Part shown: in pieces, positions 1 to 11,979 of the stretch
Numbering within the stretch: the stretch's first letter is position 1
Layout: the number at the start of each line of letters is the position of its first letter
NCBI GenBank assembly: GCA_951406725.2
Contig: OX597831.1
Span: forward strand, 69,688,001 to 69,752,000
Direction of reading: 5' to 3'
From: Octopus vulgaris
Taxonomy: Eukaryota
DNA: 64,000 nucleotides
Notes under the pieces: model-generated
What the model was told of the DNA's origin: nothing
Databases searched by the model: none
What the model saw: only the letters and a program-made list of their open reading frames with translations
Position numbers and translations under genes: made by a program

Positions 1-720
1 CTTATTAAAATAAACTGCAATGGTTTAGTCTGACAGGGAACTTCTGAGTCAAGAAAACGGATGGTCTCAAGATATGGGCAATGAGGCAGGGATGTCATGG
101 CAGACATGGTTGAAGAGTTTGCTACGTCAAAAGCAAATTTTGCAAAGGTGAGGAGTCACAGGAGTGTGGGTTAGGTTAGCAGGCTTCTTGTAGCATTGAC
201 TTTACTGAAACTATACCAAAAATCTTTCAATAATGTGTGAGTCCCAAAAGGATGAGGGTTTTTGTTACTACTATGACTGTATCCAGGAAAATTCCACTTC
301 TTTGGAAAAGAATATCTCAAAATGTTGAGTTATTTCCCAATGCTTATAGAGTGTTATAGTTACAAGAAGTCACTTTGATGAGTTGGTATAACTGAAGAAG
401 GTTGGAATTTGAGAGGCAAGCAAGCTTTCCTCACAAAAGAACCAATAGATTTCATGACACAAAAGCAGATGTTCATGAGAGAGCATTCCCAGTTGGAGCT
501 ATTAGGTGACTTCCTGTATATTAATGAAGAAGAGAACGATGTCTGAACATCAATGCCTTTGACTGTCTGATGTTCAGGAGCAAAAACACTTTTGGTCCCT
601 CCATCATAATTAACATGCATAATAGTCAAGAGGAAATTTTGCCTTCCTTTAAAACTGCACTCAAGTGACTTTCCCACCTTCACCTCTATTCCTACCTGTT
701 GGTACTTACTAGCTCTCAAA
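1..720 (+). pseudogene. Possible highly degenerate APE-type LINE endonuclease relic (L1/Tx1-like)
   Basis: Motif-like words occur in the expected order across broken frames: INCNGL (10-27), TWLK (~104-115), ELLGDFL (~496-516). Many stops. Confidence 0.25.
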
Positions 721-795
721 TTTGCACCCTAATGGTAATTAATTCAAGCATTCAAATGTTATTGCCAAGTGTCGCTGTTATAATAAATCCTTTAA

Positions 796-1012
796 AGGCG
801 GTGAACTGGCAGAAACGTTAGCACGCCAGGCGAAATGCTTAGCATTGTTTCGTCTGCCACTACGTTCTGAGTTCAAATTCCGCCGAGGTCGACTTTGCCT
901 TTCATCCTTTCAGGGTCGATAAATTAAGGACCAGTTATGCACTGGGGTTGATATAATCGACTTAATCTATTTGTCTGTCCTTGTTTAGCTCCCTGTGGTT
1001 AGTAAAGAAATA
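796..1012 (+). mobile_element. tRNA-derived SINE family B (Meta/MESC-like central domain)
   Basis: Head ggcggtgaactggcagaaacgttagc, B-box-like gagttcaaattcc, central gtcgactttgcctttcatcctttcagggtcgataaa; flanked by direct repeat gttataataaa; about 12 copies in the window. Confidence 0.85.
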
Positions 1013-1387
1013 GTTATAATAAAACCTTCTGAATGTGCAGCATTGAAGACAAAGATTTTAAGAATTGGAGACAGACAGACTTGAAATGTAAAAGATCAGC
1101 TGCTTTAGCAAATGTACAATAGAGCTTTAAGCTAAAATTCATTTGAAAATATTGTAATGGCCTCTGCTTACATCAATTAAAAAAGATATTCCATCTTAGC
1201 CAGAAATTCAAATTCATGACAAGTTGATATTTAGACTATTGAGAAGATAAATGTGCAAATACCTTAACTTCAAATGAAACAATTATATAATATTGGTGTG
1301 TGTGTATGTGTGTGTGTGTGTACATATTCTGATATTTCTGCAGCATTTATATTTTTTATATATCAGATTATATATATATCAGATATA

Positions 1388-1560
1388 TAGGTGCAGGAGT
1401 GGCTGTGTGGTAAGTAGTTTGCTAACCAACCACATAGTTCCAGGTTCAGTCCCACTGCGTGACATCTTGGGCAAATGTCTTCTGCTATAGCCCTGGACCG
1501 ACCAATGCCTTGTGAGTGGATTTGGTAGACGGAAACTGAAAGAAGCCTGTCGTATATATG

Positions 1561-1595
<35 letters not shown>

Positions 1596-1803
1596 TTGTG
1601 TGTCTGTGTTTGTACCCCTAGCATTGCTTGACAACCGATGCCTGTGTGTTTACGTCCCAGTCACTTAGCAGTTCGGCAAAAGAGACCGATAGAATAAGTA
1701 CTGGGCTTACAAAGAATAAGTCCTTGGGTCGATTTGCTCGACTAAAGGTGGTGCTCCAGCATGGTCGCAGTCAAATGACTGAAACAAGTAAAAGAGTAAA
1801 AGA
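1388..1803 (+). mobile_element. tRNA-derived SINE family A (CORE-like motif, internal (TA)n(TG)n tract), full length
   Basis: Head ggagtggctgtgtggtaag...ggttcagtccc, then cttgggcaa motif, internal microsatellite, 3' aagtaaaagag repeats; near-identical copies at 25559, 32631, 50438, 59865. Confidence 0.9.
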
Positions 1804-1950
1804 ATATATTAGATTTTCAAGAGAGAATAGTATATAAAGCTGTGTCACAAATTATGTCTATTCTGGCCGTTGTTATAAAAAGAGTTCGTTTTTAAAGTAG
1901 AAATGTGACTCAGAATGCTATCCATTAATATACAAATTAATTGCTCAATA

Positions 1951-2097
1951 TTCTTTCAGTTTCTGTCTACCAAATCCACTCACAAGGCATTGGTCGGCCC
2001 GGGGCTATAGCAGAGGACACTTGCCCATGATGCCACGCAGTGGGACTGAACCTGGAACCATGTGGTTGTTTAGCAAGCTACTTACCACACAGCCACA
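1951..2097 (-). mobile_element. SINE family A, 5' part
   Basis: Reverse complement of the head seen at 1388-1550. Confidence 0.85.
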
Positions 2098-2220
2098 TCT
2101 AAATTTTAATATATTGTCTGTGAATTTTCTTTCAACTTCATTTCTTCTATTCCTTCACTTGTTTGGATTAATAACTATTTCTCCCCCCCCTCTCTCTCTC
2201 TCTCCACACACACATATATT

Positions 2221-2641
2221 ATCATTATCATCATCGTTTAACATCTGCTTTCCATGCTAGCATGGATTGGACGATTTTGACTGAGGACTGGTGAACCAGA
2301 TGGTTGCACCAGGCTCCAATCTTGATCTGGCAGAGTTTCTATAGCTGGATGCCCTTCCTAACGCCAACCACTCCGAGAGTGTAGTGGGTGCTTTCTACGT
2401 GCCACCGGCATGGGGGCCAGTCAGGCGGTACCGGCAACGACCTCGCTCGAATCCTTTTACACATGCCACCAGCACAGGTGCCAGTAAGGCAACATCGGTA
2501 ACGATCACGCTCGAATGGTGCCCTTTTACATGCCACTGGCACGGAAGCCAGTTGGCTGCCCTGGCAACGATCACACTCGGATGGTACTCTTGGCACCCTA
2601 CTAGCACGAGCACAAGTGCCAGTAAGGCAACACTAGTAACG
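2221..2641 (-). mobile_element. RTE-tailed retroposon family C with internal ~62-65 bp tandem units
   Basis: Minus strand ends gatgttaaacgatgatgataatgat; contains ggcgttaggaagggcatccagc; about four diverged tandem units at 2395-2640. Confidence 0.8.
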
Positions 2642-2735
2642 AAAATTTAATAATGAGGGTAGAAATTGATATCAATCAATTAAAGCCAGTGGCTTAGCAT
2701 ATTTAAAAAATCCGAAGATTAAAAATTATGTTACA

Positions 2736-3053
2736 TACAAAATTAAGAGGAATAACCACCAAAGTGGACTCCTAATATGCTAGATACAGACATCAAATCC
2801 CATAAACACGAAGAGTGTGTTTTCAAGAAAAGAATTTCAGCAAAACGCCAGAATGTAAAAATGAGCAAGACAAATACAAATATATGGAATAAAAAACGAT
2901 TACCTACATTCTCATTTGTCTCGCTCATTTTTACATTCTAGTGTTTTGCTGAAATCTTTTTCTTGAGAACACACTCTTCGTGGTTAGGCGATTTGACGTC
3001 TATATCTAGCATATTAGGAGTCCACTTTGGTGCTCATTCCTCTTAATTTTGTA
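2736..3053. repeat. Long inverted repeat (~140 bp arms, ~35 bp spacer), PLE-type fold-back
   Basis: tacaaaattaagaggaat...gacaaat pairs with atttgtc...attcctcttaattttgta; abuts (TA)n. Confidence 0.9.
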
Positions 3054-3657
3054 TATATATATATATATAAAATAGAAAAATTATACGAAATGTATAACTA
3101 GATGATGAGTAAAGTACCGGCACAGTTGAGGTTATGTGTTGTTATCCATAGATTTACTTCAGGAACTTCTCGAAGTTGATGGGCATATAGTGGTAAGCAA
3201 GCCAGCACAAGAAATCTCTAAGACAACGTTTTTACTGACGTACCCAAAGAGACCCAGAATGATGGTTCAAAACATGTGTTGTACTTAATAAAAGTCGAAT
3301 ATACATTCCCTCTCCTATTTTATTAATACTATATATATATAACATAAGGGACTAAAGCCATCTGAATATGGCTAGGGACAGGGCAGGGTGGTGGGGGTGT
3401 TACTGTTGCATTTAGCCCAAGGCGAACATCAACGTCGCCAGATAGGCTTGACACCATCACGTCGTCCTCTATCCTGCAAAGGGAGATAATTCCCCGATGA
3501 AGCGGAAACCACACACGGACCTAGGTTTCAAGGTGTTTACCTATTATCAACGTATGGTAGGCACCCGCTTCCTCGACGAACCACTCACTCTGCAGGATAT
3601 TTATATAGATTTTCAAGCAAAATACATTTGCTGATTTCGAAAATCTGTTCGACAGCA

Positions 3658-3730
3658 ATAATAATTCTCTAAATGAGATATAGACACTTATGTTATGGAG
3701 CAGTTACTGTCTATATCTCATTTAGAGAAT

Positions 3731-3735
<5 letters not shown>
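3658..3735. repeat. Short fold-back next to (TA)n
   Basis: ataataattctctaaatgagatatagaca / tgtctatatctcatttagagaattattat. Confidence 0.9.
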
Positions 3736-3764
<29 letters not shown>

Positions 3765-3854
3765 AAATAGGGTAATAATAAATTATTGTTACCAGTGGCC
3801 TAGCACGAAAAACGAGTTAGTCATTAGATTATATATTATTCAAATAGAAATACA

Positions 3855-3924
3855 ATAAGAGGCTTCCAAATACGAAAGCGTTGTGCTTTCTAGCACAACA
3901 CTTTCCTATTTGGAAGCCTCTTAT
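3855..3924. repeat. Short fold-back next to (TA)n
   Basis: ataagaggcttccaaatacgaaagcgttgtgct / agcacaacactttcctatttggaagcctcttat. Confidence 0.9.
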
Positions 3925-4049
3925 ATATATATATTTATATATATATACAGATATATATGTATGTATATATTATGTGGTAATACTTCAAGTAGAAAAAACC
4001 ACAAATCTTGAAATTACAGCTACCCAGGGCTTTCTAGCTGAAATAATAA

Positions 4050-4800
4050 TTTATTCCACCATTTATCAAGCTGAAAAGAAGACCATTTCTTAGGTTTGTT
4101 TTTTTCAGCAGATAACATTTAAACAAGAGATGCTTGTAAAGAAGACAAACAGAAAAAACATAAAGGAGATAACCAACATTACAATAATACAATATTAAGC
4201 AGACATAAACCAGATGTTACTGGTTTACTAAGTATCTGGTGGTCTACCTTTGAATTCCAGCAAGGTGGTATTTCCTGAAATATGGACATAAAGAAGATAA
4301 CAAAACACCTCGTGATTAAATAGAAAATAATTGAGAAATCTATACCTTATGTGAATGGATCGAATAAATGTAGATTTTGTTTGGCTGAAAGAGTGCAAAT
4401 CCTGTTCAGATCTATGATCCTTAACTCTCTTTTGAACTCCAGGTCAGAAATTTTCAGTTGTTGCGTGCATATGCATAAAAATATTCTGAAGAATTGGAAA
4501 ATTCCCCCTTTTCCTGATTGACTTGATATCTTTCCAGCCTTATTATTTAAAGCCTAAGGAGGATAGCACTTTTTACCTTTCTACACTTTAGTTTCGTTTT
4601 CTGTTTTTCATTTTCCCTTGTTTACTGTCTGTAATTTCTATATGCTGCCATTCTCAGCTTTATCGCATTTTTTCTATTTATCCAGTTTTTTAATTTGTTA
4701 TAATATGTGGCTTATGCCTGCAGAATATGAGTTCTCTCAACATATGAAACTATTATTAGCACTTTAATACATGTATTGTGACTTTTAAATAATGATAATA
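4050..4800 (+). mobile_element. Penelope-like element 3' relic (GIY-YIG C-terminus, 3' UTR with HHR-like motif)
   Basis: Broken frames read STIYQAE...KIIEKSIPYVNGSNKCRFCLAERVQIL...LLNSRSEIFSCCVHMHKNILKNW, matching the PLE endonuclease C-terminal CxLCLxE...LLNxRSE pattern; ends in (TA)n. Confidence 0.8.
4715..4761 (+). ncRNA. Degenerate type I hammerhead ribozyme motif
   Basis: tgc-CTGCAGA-atatg...catat-GAAAC-tattatta-gca: stems I and II pair; one core mismatch. Confidence 0.55.
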
Positions 4801-4801
4801 G

Positions 4802-4833
<32 letters not shown>

Positions 4834-5002
4834 AATATGTATGTATGTATATATATAGATCTGAATATGTATACACACACACACACATATATATATAATG
4901 GTATTTTTTTATAAGCTTAAATCTTATAGAGATCACCATGCAAATGACTTAGGAAAATAGGCCAATAATGGGGCATATAAGTCCTTGACAGAAAAAAGTA
5001 GG

Positions 5003-5085
5003 CTTTCCTGTATGTGTGGAACTCGAACCCACATCCCTTTGTTAACATGACTAAGTGAGTTACCGATTACACCAGCAAACCAGCC
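5003..5085 (-). pseudogene. tRNA-like head (pseudogene or SINE head)
   Basis: Minus strand tggtgtaatcggta (A-box) ... ggttcgagttcc (B-box) at tRNA spacing; acceptor stem does not pair well. Confidence 0.55.
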
Positions 5086-5409
5086 TGCTCCTTTCTGTCA
5101 AATCTAAGAACTATATTAGTTTGTAGTTGTTTTTTGTAAACAAAATTTATGCGCTTTTAATGCAAACATACATATATATATATATATACACACACATACA
5201 TATACATGTACTTGTATAGTTATTCTCACACACACAAATACACACATACGCATACACATGTATAAGGACAAAAGGAAAAGTACACATCTCTCCTTTTGAT
5301 CTTTTACACTTTTCACTTGCTTTATCTATTCCATAGCAACTAAATTAATATTTGTATTAATTACACACAAACACGTGTATATATAATATATTCAGAACTT
5401 GAGAGGGAT

Positions 5410-5500
5410 GCATGTTTGTGTGTGTGTGTGCGTGCATGCATGTGTGTGCGTGCATGCATGTGTGTGCGTGCATGCATGTGTGTGCGTGCATGCATGTGTA
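5410..5500. repeat. 18-bp minisatellite (GTGTGTGCGTGCATGCAT)n
   Basis: About four tandem units visible directly. Confidence 0.9.
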
Positions 5501-5948
5501 TGCATCTGCATGCATATGTATGTGAGCTTGTGTGCTCAGCAAATTGACATGCACACATATAGGAATTGTCAATACACAATATATCTTACTTTCATATGTC
5601 CATCCTTTTACTGATTCACATCATTTATGGAAAAGTGCCAAATAACTGCTAGAAAATGTCACTTAATACTGTACTCAACAGAAAATATGTGAGATATGTC
5701 ATGATTCTATGTTCCTTTAATAGTTAATGGACCACATGATCGGTGATATCTGCTCTTTTCTTAAGCTGAATGTTTAGAAGTATCATCATTCCTTCAGTTA
5801 ACTGGCATAAGAAACAATAATAAGAGATCCATCTACCAAACACTTTACTTAAAGAATGTTGTTAGAGCTCAGCATTCATCTTAAGTAAGGGAACGAACTA
5901 ATCCACCACATGATACTTAAAATGTCAAAGGTGTTTAGAAAGTAGTGT

Positions 5949-6334
5949 GGATCTTTTCGGTTTGAACAGCAGTTTTTAAACTTTGTATACTGGTAGAATG
6001 TGTTTATAAAACATCTTTTTCTCTTGGCTTTATTGAGAAAATTCTATAGTTTGTAAAATATTTGTAAGATATTTTCTTCAATTTTGGCAATTTCAACCAA
6101 TCAGTGACATCTATTGAGTTAAAAAGCATTCTATGCCGTATGAATATGTCCCTCGTTTAAGAAACAGATTGGGTTTATTTACATTTCTGAAGAAAAAAGA
6201 TACCCTTCCCCCCACCCCTAACCCTAACCCTAAAACAGATTGAAATGCAATAGATCGATACTATGGTCATAATTATGGGTGACAATTTCATATGACACCG
6301 CTAGAAAAAACTGCTGTTCAAACCGAAAAGATCC
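5949..6334. mobile_element. MITE with ~29 bp TIRs and 8-bp TSD (Merlin- or hAT-type)
   Basis: TIR ggatcttttcggtttgaacagcagttttt / aaaaactgctgttcaaaccgaaaagatcc; TSD agtagtgt at 5941-5948 and 6335-6342; internal (CCCTAA)3. Confidence 0.9.
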
Positions 6335-6902
6335 AGTAGTGTTTATTTATAACTGTGTTGTATAAGTGCAACTGCTGTTATAAGAGTAGGTACAAGACTA
6401 TTTCAGCATCTACTTTTTAGAAATGATTTTTATCTGAGGAGTATAGTTATGGCTGCAGAAAGGCAATATGTTATATGTGGAGAAAAAAACAAAAAAAACA
6501 CAGAAGCCATTTTCTTTGGGTGTGCTGATTATATAGTCTGGTAATGAGCTAATCTCCAACCCATATTACTTCAATTTGAAATTTTTCATCTTTAAGGAAA
6601 ATCTTTATCTCATACTCTAATAAATATTGTATCTAACAACCAATCAGTATAAGATTTGCATGACAGTAGAAACACCAGCATTTTTATTCAATCTGCTATT
6701 GCTAATCGAAATGGAAATGTGATGACATCAGCACAGATTAGTTCCTGATTTAAGGAAATAAGCAATATTGACATTCCATATACTGAACATCAATACAAAT
6801 ATTAGTCATTGTTAGTTATTCCCTGTCCTTGCTTGGTTCTAATAATTGACTGAATTCATGTCTCAACATTTTTCTATAACATTTAAGTTTGAAGAAGAAA
6901 AT

Positions 6903-7216
6903 CCCCTTCGGTCATGAATGATCATGGTATTGCATGTAGAAAGTTCCCCTTTGAGGCACAAGTCTGGGCAAAGTTGTTTATGGAAGACTAGCAGTCATCC
7001 ATGCATACCAGCCTCCCCTCTCCATCTCACTGATGTTATCCAAGGGAAAGGCAAAGGCCTGTACAGCTTGGCATCAATGTCATTGCAACTCATTTCTACA
7101 ACTGAGTGAACTGGAATAAGGTAAAATAAAACGTCACACAGCTTAGTCTAGGAATCAAACTCACTACCTCATGATTGCAAACCCAGTGCTCTAACCACTG
7201 AGCCATGCACCTTCAC
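6903..7216 (-). mobile_element. tRNA-derived SINE (further family)
   Basis: Minus head gaaggtgcatggctcagtggttagagc...gagtttgattcc, then CORE-like cactcagttgtagaaatgagt. Confidence 0.7.
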
Positions 7217-7737
7217 ATAAAAATGTGAACCATTTAAGTTTAATTGCCTTGAAATGATCTAGTATGATCAAATTTTGTTTGCTTGAAGATTGTACCTGTT
7301 CCACCCCTCACACATTTAACCTCAGACACAAAATCAATTGCTATGCCTAGTCAAAAGTATTCAGTGGATAACTGTGCAAATTCACTGTGGAGAACTTAGG
7401 TCATAATTACAAAAACCAAAAAATTAAATGCAATGTCTTATCATTAATTTCTCAACCCTAACCAATATTTACAGATTATTTGACACTTTTCCTCTATCTG
7501 TCATAGAAGAGCTAATACATAATATCACAACATTTTTATTTTAGTAAGGTGATTATTATCAACTACCCTTGATAATTAAAAAAACACCCTGACACTACTT
7601 TCAAGCCCTAGGATATTAGTGTCAGTATGTCCTAAGAACTTTGTGCCATGTTTTCAGCAAGTAATGATCTGAATTATCTTACAACATTAAATCTACTTAT
7701 TGTATATAGACCTTATTTTATGTAGTAACTCAATTAA

Positions 7738-8187
7738 CTCTTTTATACCAACCCACATGAAAACTGCCTCTGGCTCTGAAGAAAGAATGTGTTGTTTTCA
7801 AAAGTTCTGAATTAAAATCTTTCATCAAACCATAGTCACAATTTATGTTTCTAACACTAGCTTAATGATAACTAAGTTATTTCACTAACTACTTTGAGCT
7901 GGCAGAATCGTTAGCACGCCGGGCGAAATGCGTAGCCGTATTTCGTCTGCCGTTATGTTCTGGGTTCAAATTCCGCCGAGGTTGACTTTGGCTTTCATCC
8001 TTTCAGGGTCGATAAATTAAGTACCAGTCACACACTGGGGTCGATGTAATCGACTTAATCCCTTTGTCTGTCCTTGTTTGTCCCCTCTGTGTTTAGCCCC
8101 TTGTGGGTAGTAAAGAAATATATATTATATATAAAATTAATTGAAAGAAACACAGAGCATCTCAACAGAAATATAGTAACAGAAGGG
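7738..8187. mobile_element. TTAA-flanked piggyBac-type MITE interrupted by a family B SINE (7896-8120)
   Basis: ttaa|ctctttt...agaaggg|ttaa; homologous copy in reverse orientation at 38484-38703. Confidence 0.7.
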
Positions 8188-9949
8188 TTAAAGATCATGA
8201 CGGAGAGTTAAAGGGAGATGGTATTGGTTGATGTTACTAGAAAAAAAGAAATTCTCAGGAGTAAATTTAGGCAAAAATGTGATGTTTATGGTATAAAGGG
8301 ATGAAGAGAAGAAGAAAGACAAATTACGTCAAATTAGAGTGGATGGAGATGAAATATATATTAAGTAAACAAAATCTTTTTATCTATTATCTTCTTTCAC
8401 TTGTTTCAGTCATTAGACTACAGCCATGCTGGAGCATAACCTCGAGGAAGTTTTAGTTGAACGAATCTACCCCAGTACTTTTTTTCTGAAATCTGGTACT
8501 TATTCTATCAGTCTCTTATGCTGAACCACTAAGTTATGGAGATATATAGATTTGGTCTCTTATGCCTACCCTACATAGCCTCAAACAGACCAAAGTCTTG
8601 TGAGTGGATTTGGAAAAGAAGCTCATCTTGTGTGTGTGTGTGTGTGTGCGTGTGTGTGTGTGTGTGTGACAACATAGGTTGTCTAGTGGTGGTGAGGGAT
8701 GGACACAGACAAACACACACAGGATAGGCATGAGAGGCCAAATCTAGTCATTTTGAGCACAAAACATAGGATATTTGGGCTGGATATGACCATTTAGATA
8801 TTCTAGGGTTAAACTCAGTACTTGACTGGTAACTTTATTCTCTCATTCCTGGAAAGATGTAAAGTAAAGTTGATCTTGGCAGGACTTAAACTTAGAAATT
8901 GCAACAAGGCCAGCATTGCCTTTCATCCCTTTGTAGCTGGAGGAAAGAAAGGTAATCTTGATCCTCAAATGAAATTTGAACTCAGAATGTAAAGAATTGA
9001 AACAAATACTGCAAGACAATTTGTTTGATACTTGAATGGTTCTGTCAAAGACAGTAACAGCAAAGACATTCTTTATAACAATAATTCAGCTTATGAACAT
9101 TTGAAGTGATGGTTTATACGCAACAAGCTTAGTGAAATAAATGCATATTCAACATAACTATATATAAGTACTCAAAATGTATAGATGCATCAACACCAGT
9201 GTGTATACACTAGTCTTATTAATATAGAAGGACAGTCAACGGTTGCAGAAAATTATAGACTATTTTGAATCATAAACTGTTAAATAATTTTAAAATAATG
9301 TCCAGTACAGGAGATATGCAATTAAGATTAAGTTATGATTTACTTTGCCTTTGAAAACAATATTTACAGTATGTGACCAAGTGAAATATATTATCAAAGT
9401 GAATCATATACACATACATTCATGTACACATACTCAAAAATATACCCCCACACAAACTAACATCTGTAGATTTACATACAATCACAAGCAGTAAAGCTTA
9501 CAATGATAAATACATAATTCATTTAACCATGTGAACTGAGAAAGAAGCATCTAAGTGGTTGCTTCATATGCTAGGAATAGTAGCTAAATCTCCTTCAAAT
9601 TAAATCCTACCAACTTATATTTAAAAAGACAGCACATTGCATAATATAATCTCATGCAATTTCAATTCATATGAGAAAACTACTAGAGACAATCATGGTA
9701 TTAATCTATAAATTTCTAGGTTATTTATCTCCATTCTATATAGATATTTCTCATATTTCTATCTATATTATCTTTATCAAAGTAACTGAAATGTATGTCA
9801 TGTTTATTGAATTAAGTGAAAAGTTATCCACCCAGCTACAGATTATAACTATTCAGGAATAAGACAACTAATGAAAGTCAGAGACTGAATGAATCAAAAT
9901 GAATTATAGAGGAAACCACTAAAAAATACACTCAAAAGATAGGATTAGT

Positions 9950-10345
9950 GATGGTAAGTAGCTTGCTTACCAACCACATGGTTCCAGGTTCAGTCCCACT
10001 GCGTGGCACCTTGGACAAGTGTCTTCTACTATAGCCTCGGGCCGACCAATGCCTTGTGAGTGGATTTGGTAGACGGAAACTGAAAGAAGCCCGTCGTATA
10101 TATGTATATATATATATATGCATGTGTGTCAGTGTTTGTCCCCCTAGCATTGCTTGACAACCGATGTTGGTGTGTTTATCTCCCCGTTACTTAGCGGTTT
10201 GGCAAAAAAGACCGATAGAATAAGTACTGGGCTTACAAAAGAATAAGTACCGGGGTCGAGTTGCTCGATTAAAGGCGGTGCTCCAGCATGGCCACAGTCA
10301 AATGACTGAAATAAGTAAAAGAGTAAAAGAGAGAAAAGAGTAAGA
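9950..10345 (+). mobile_element. SINE family A
   Basis: Aligns to 1405-1803. Confidence 0.9.
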
Positions 10346-10367
10346 GTATTAATTTCTAATACTGATT

Positions 10368-10577
10368 TCAAATTTTGGCACAAGGCCAGCAATGCCAGGG
10401 AAGAGACTAAGTTGGTTACATCAACCCCCATATTAAGCTGAAACATATTTTATCGTCCCCAAAAGGATGAAAGGCAAAGTCAACCTTGGTGGAATTTGAA
10501 TTCAGAACATGAAGACAGATGAAAAGCTGGCAAACATTCTGCCCAGCATGCTAACCATTCTACCAGATAAACCACCT
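10368..10577 (-). mobile_element. SINE family B (diverged)
   Basis: Contains aaaggatgaaaggcaaagtcaacc and ggaatttgaattcagaac, the reverse complement of family B. Confidence 0.8.
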
Positions 10578-10766
10578 TAGAAACTCCTGGTATTGTGTTC
10601 TATCCAATATGGGCACAAGGATACGAATACATAAAATGAGCACAAAAAGTACAAAGTTTTAATAATGACACTTTGGCATAAATTTACGAATTTCTAATAT
10701 GGACACAAGTCTCTAATATGAATTCTAGGAGACACATTTTATAGTAAGATAAAGATGTGTGTTTAT

Positions 10767-10816
<50 letters not shown>

Positions 10817-11439
10817 GTCAAACAATGAGAATCAGTGCTCAACACAGCATTGATGGATAAAGATTCTTTATTTGTGTATTAAGGCTACCATTAGTTTCAT
10901 GTTAAGAAAATATCTTAATTTTTAAGCTGATCATATGGAGAAATTGGTGTTTGACTCCAATTTGGATTAAAACAAAAAACACACACATGCACACACATAT
11001 GAATATAAATCCATTTTAATTCGTTAGAAGGGATAAATCATAAAACTCAATACATAAGAATTGAGTATTCTTTAATAAAGTATAACTGAAAGCTCTTTAT
11101 TCCAGTACTCTGAGTTATATGTTTTTAATCGATTGGCTGGCAAAACAAGCTTACTTTTCCTTTAAAATTTTGGCTGTTTGAATATATTTTTGATATATAT
11201 GATAGTTATAAAGAAACCTTTTATCTTTATGTTCTCAAAAACAAAATGAACAATGAAGCAAAATAATTTAAGCTTTGACAAAAATTTTGACTACAGCTTA
11301 ACTTGAGAATTTCTCAGCTTCTATACAAAATGATTTTAACATGGGACAAAAGTGAAAGTAATGTAATAAATGCAAGGACTTCCCAATTAGTGTGTTTAAT
11401 TCTATTTTTAAAAAAGTTTTCAGATTACCCCAAATTTAC

Positions 11440-11979
11440 AAATGTTTGGTGAGATATGAAAGGTTTAGTCCAATTTGAACTTTGAAGCCCAAACCAAATG
11501 ATAACAAAGGAGATCTACGGTGAGCAGCTTCAGTGGCTTAAGTCAGCGCTAGAAGGATAATGACCATCTTTGGTTTGAAAACGAAAGATGTTCTTCTATC
11601 AGGATAGTACTCAGCCACACACAGTGAGGATAACATTCCAAAGACTGGAACAGTTTGAATGGGAAACAGTGCCCCACCCACCATATTCGCCAGATATTGC
11701 CCAATCTGATTATCATTTATTCCGCAGTCTTCAAAATCATTTGAGCAGAAAGAAAAAAAGAATTCTGTAGATAAGGTCAGAACAGTTCTTGAGGAGCATC
11801 TTTCATCACAGACAAGTGGATTTTGGAAGAGGGGCCTTGCGAGTCTACCAGATAGATGGAATAGCATTGTAGAAAATGAAGGAGAGTATATTTTAGATAA
11901 AAAAACAACTTTGTTTATCTTAATTTTGAAAAATAAGAGAAGTATAAAAAAAGCGCATTATTTATGGGATAACCCAATA
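11440..11979 (+). mobile_element. mariner (DD34D) transposase 3' relic with right TIR
   Basis: WETVPHPPYSPDIAQSDYHLFRSLQNHL is the mariner YSPDLAPSD motif; ends cgcattatttatgggataacccaata; stops and frameshifts. Confidence 0.9.

Noticed and set aside
1379-1837. Recurrent ORFs such as SFRLPNPLTRHWS...GTEPGTMWLVSKLL
   Set aside because: Readings of SINE family A, repeated at each copy; not coding.
2395-2641. CRISPR-like repeat-spacer appearance
   Set aside because: Whole units are homologous to each other, the context is eukaryotic and no cas genes are present.
3495-3512. Hammerhead core in ccgatgaagcggaaac
   Set aside because: No room for stem II and no matching stem I.
6216-6233. Telomere or telomere-addition site
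   Set aside because: Only three CCCTAA units, inside a MITE.
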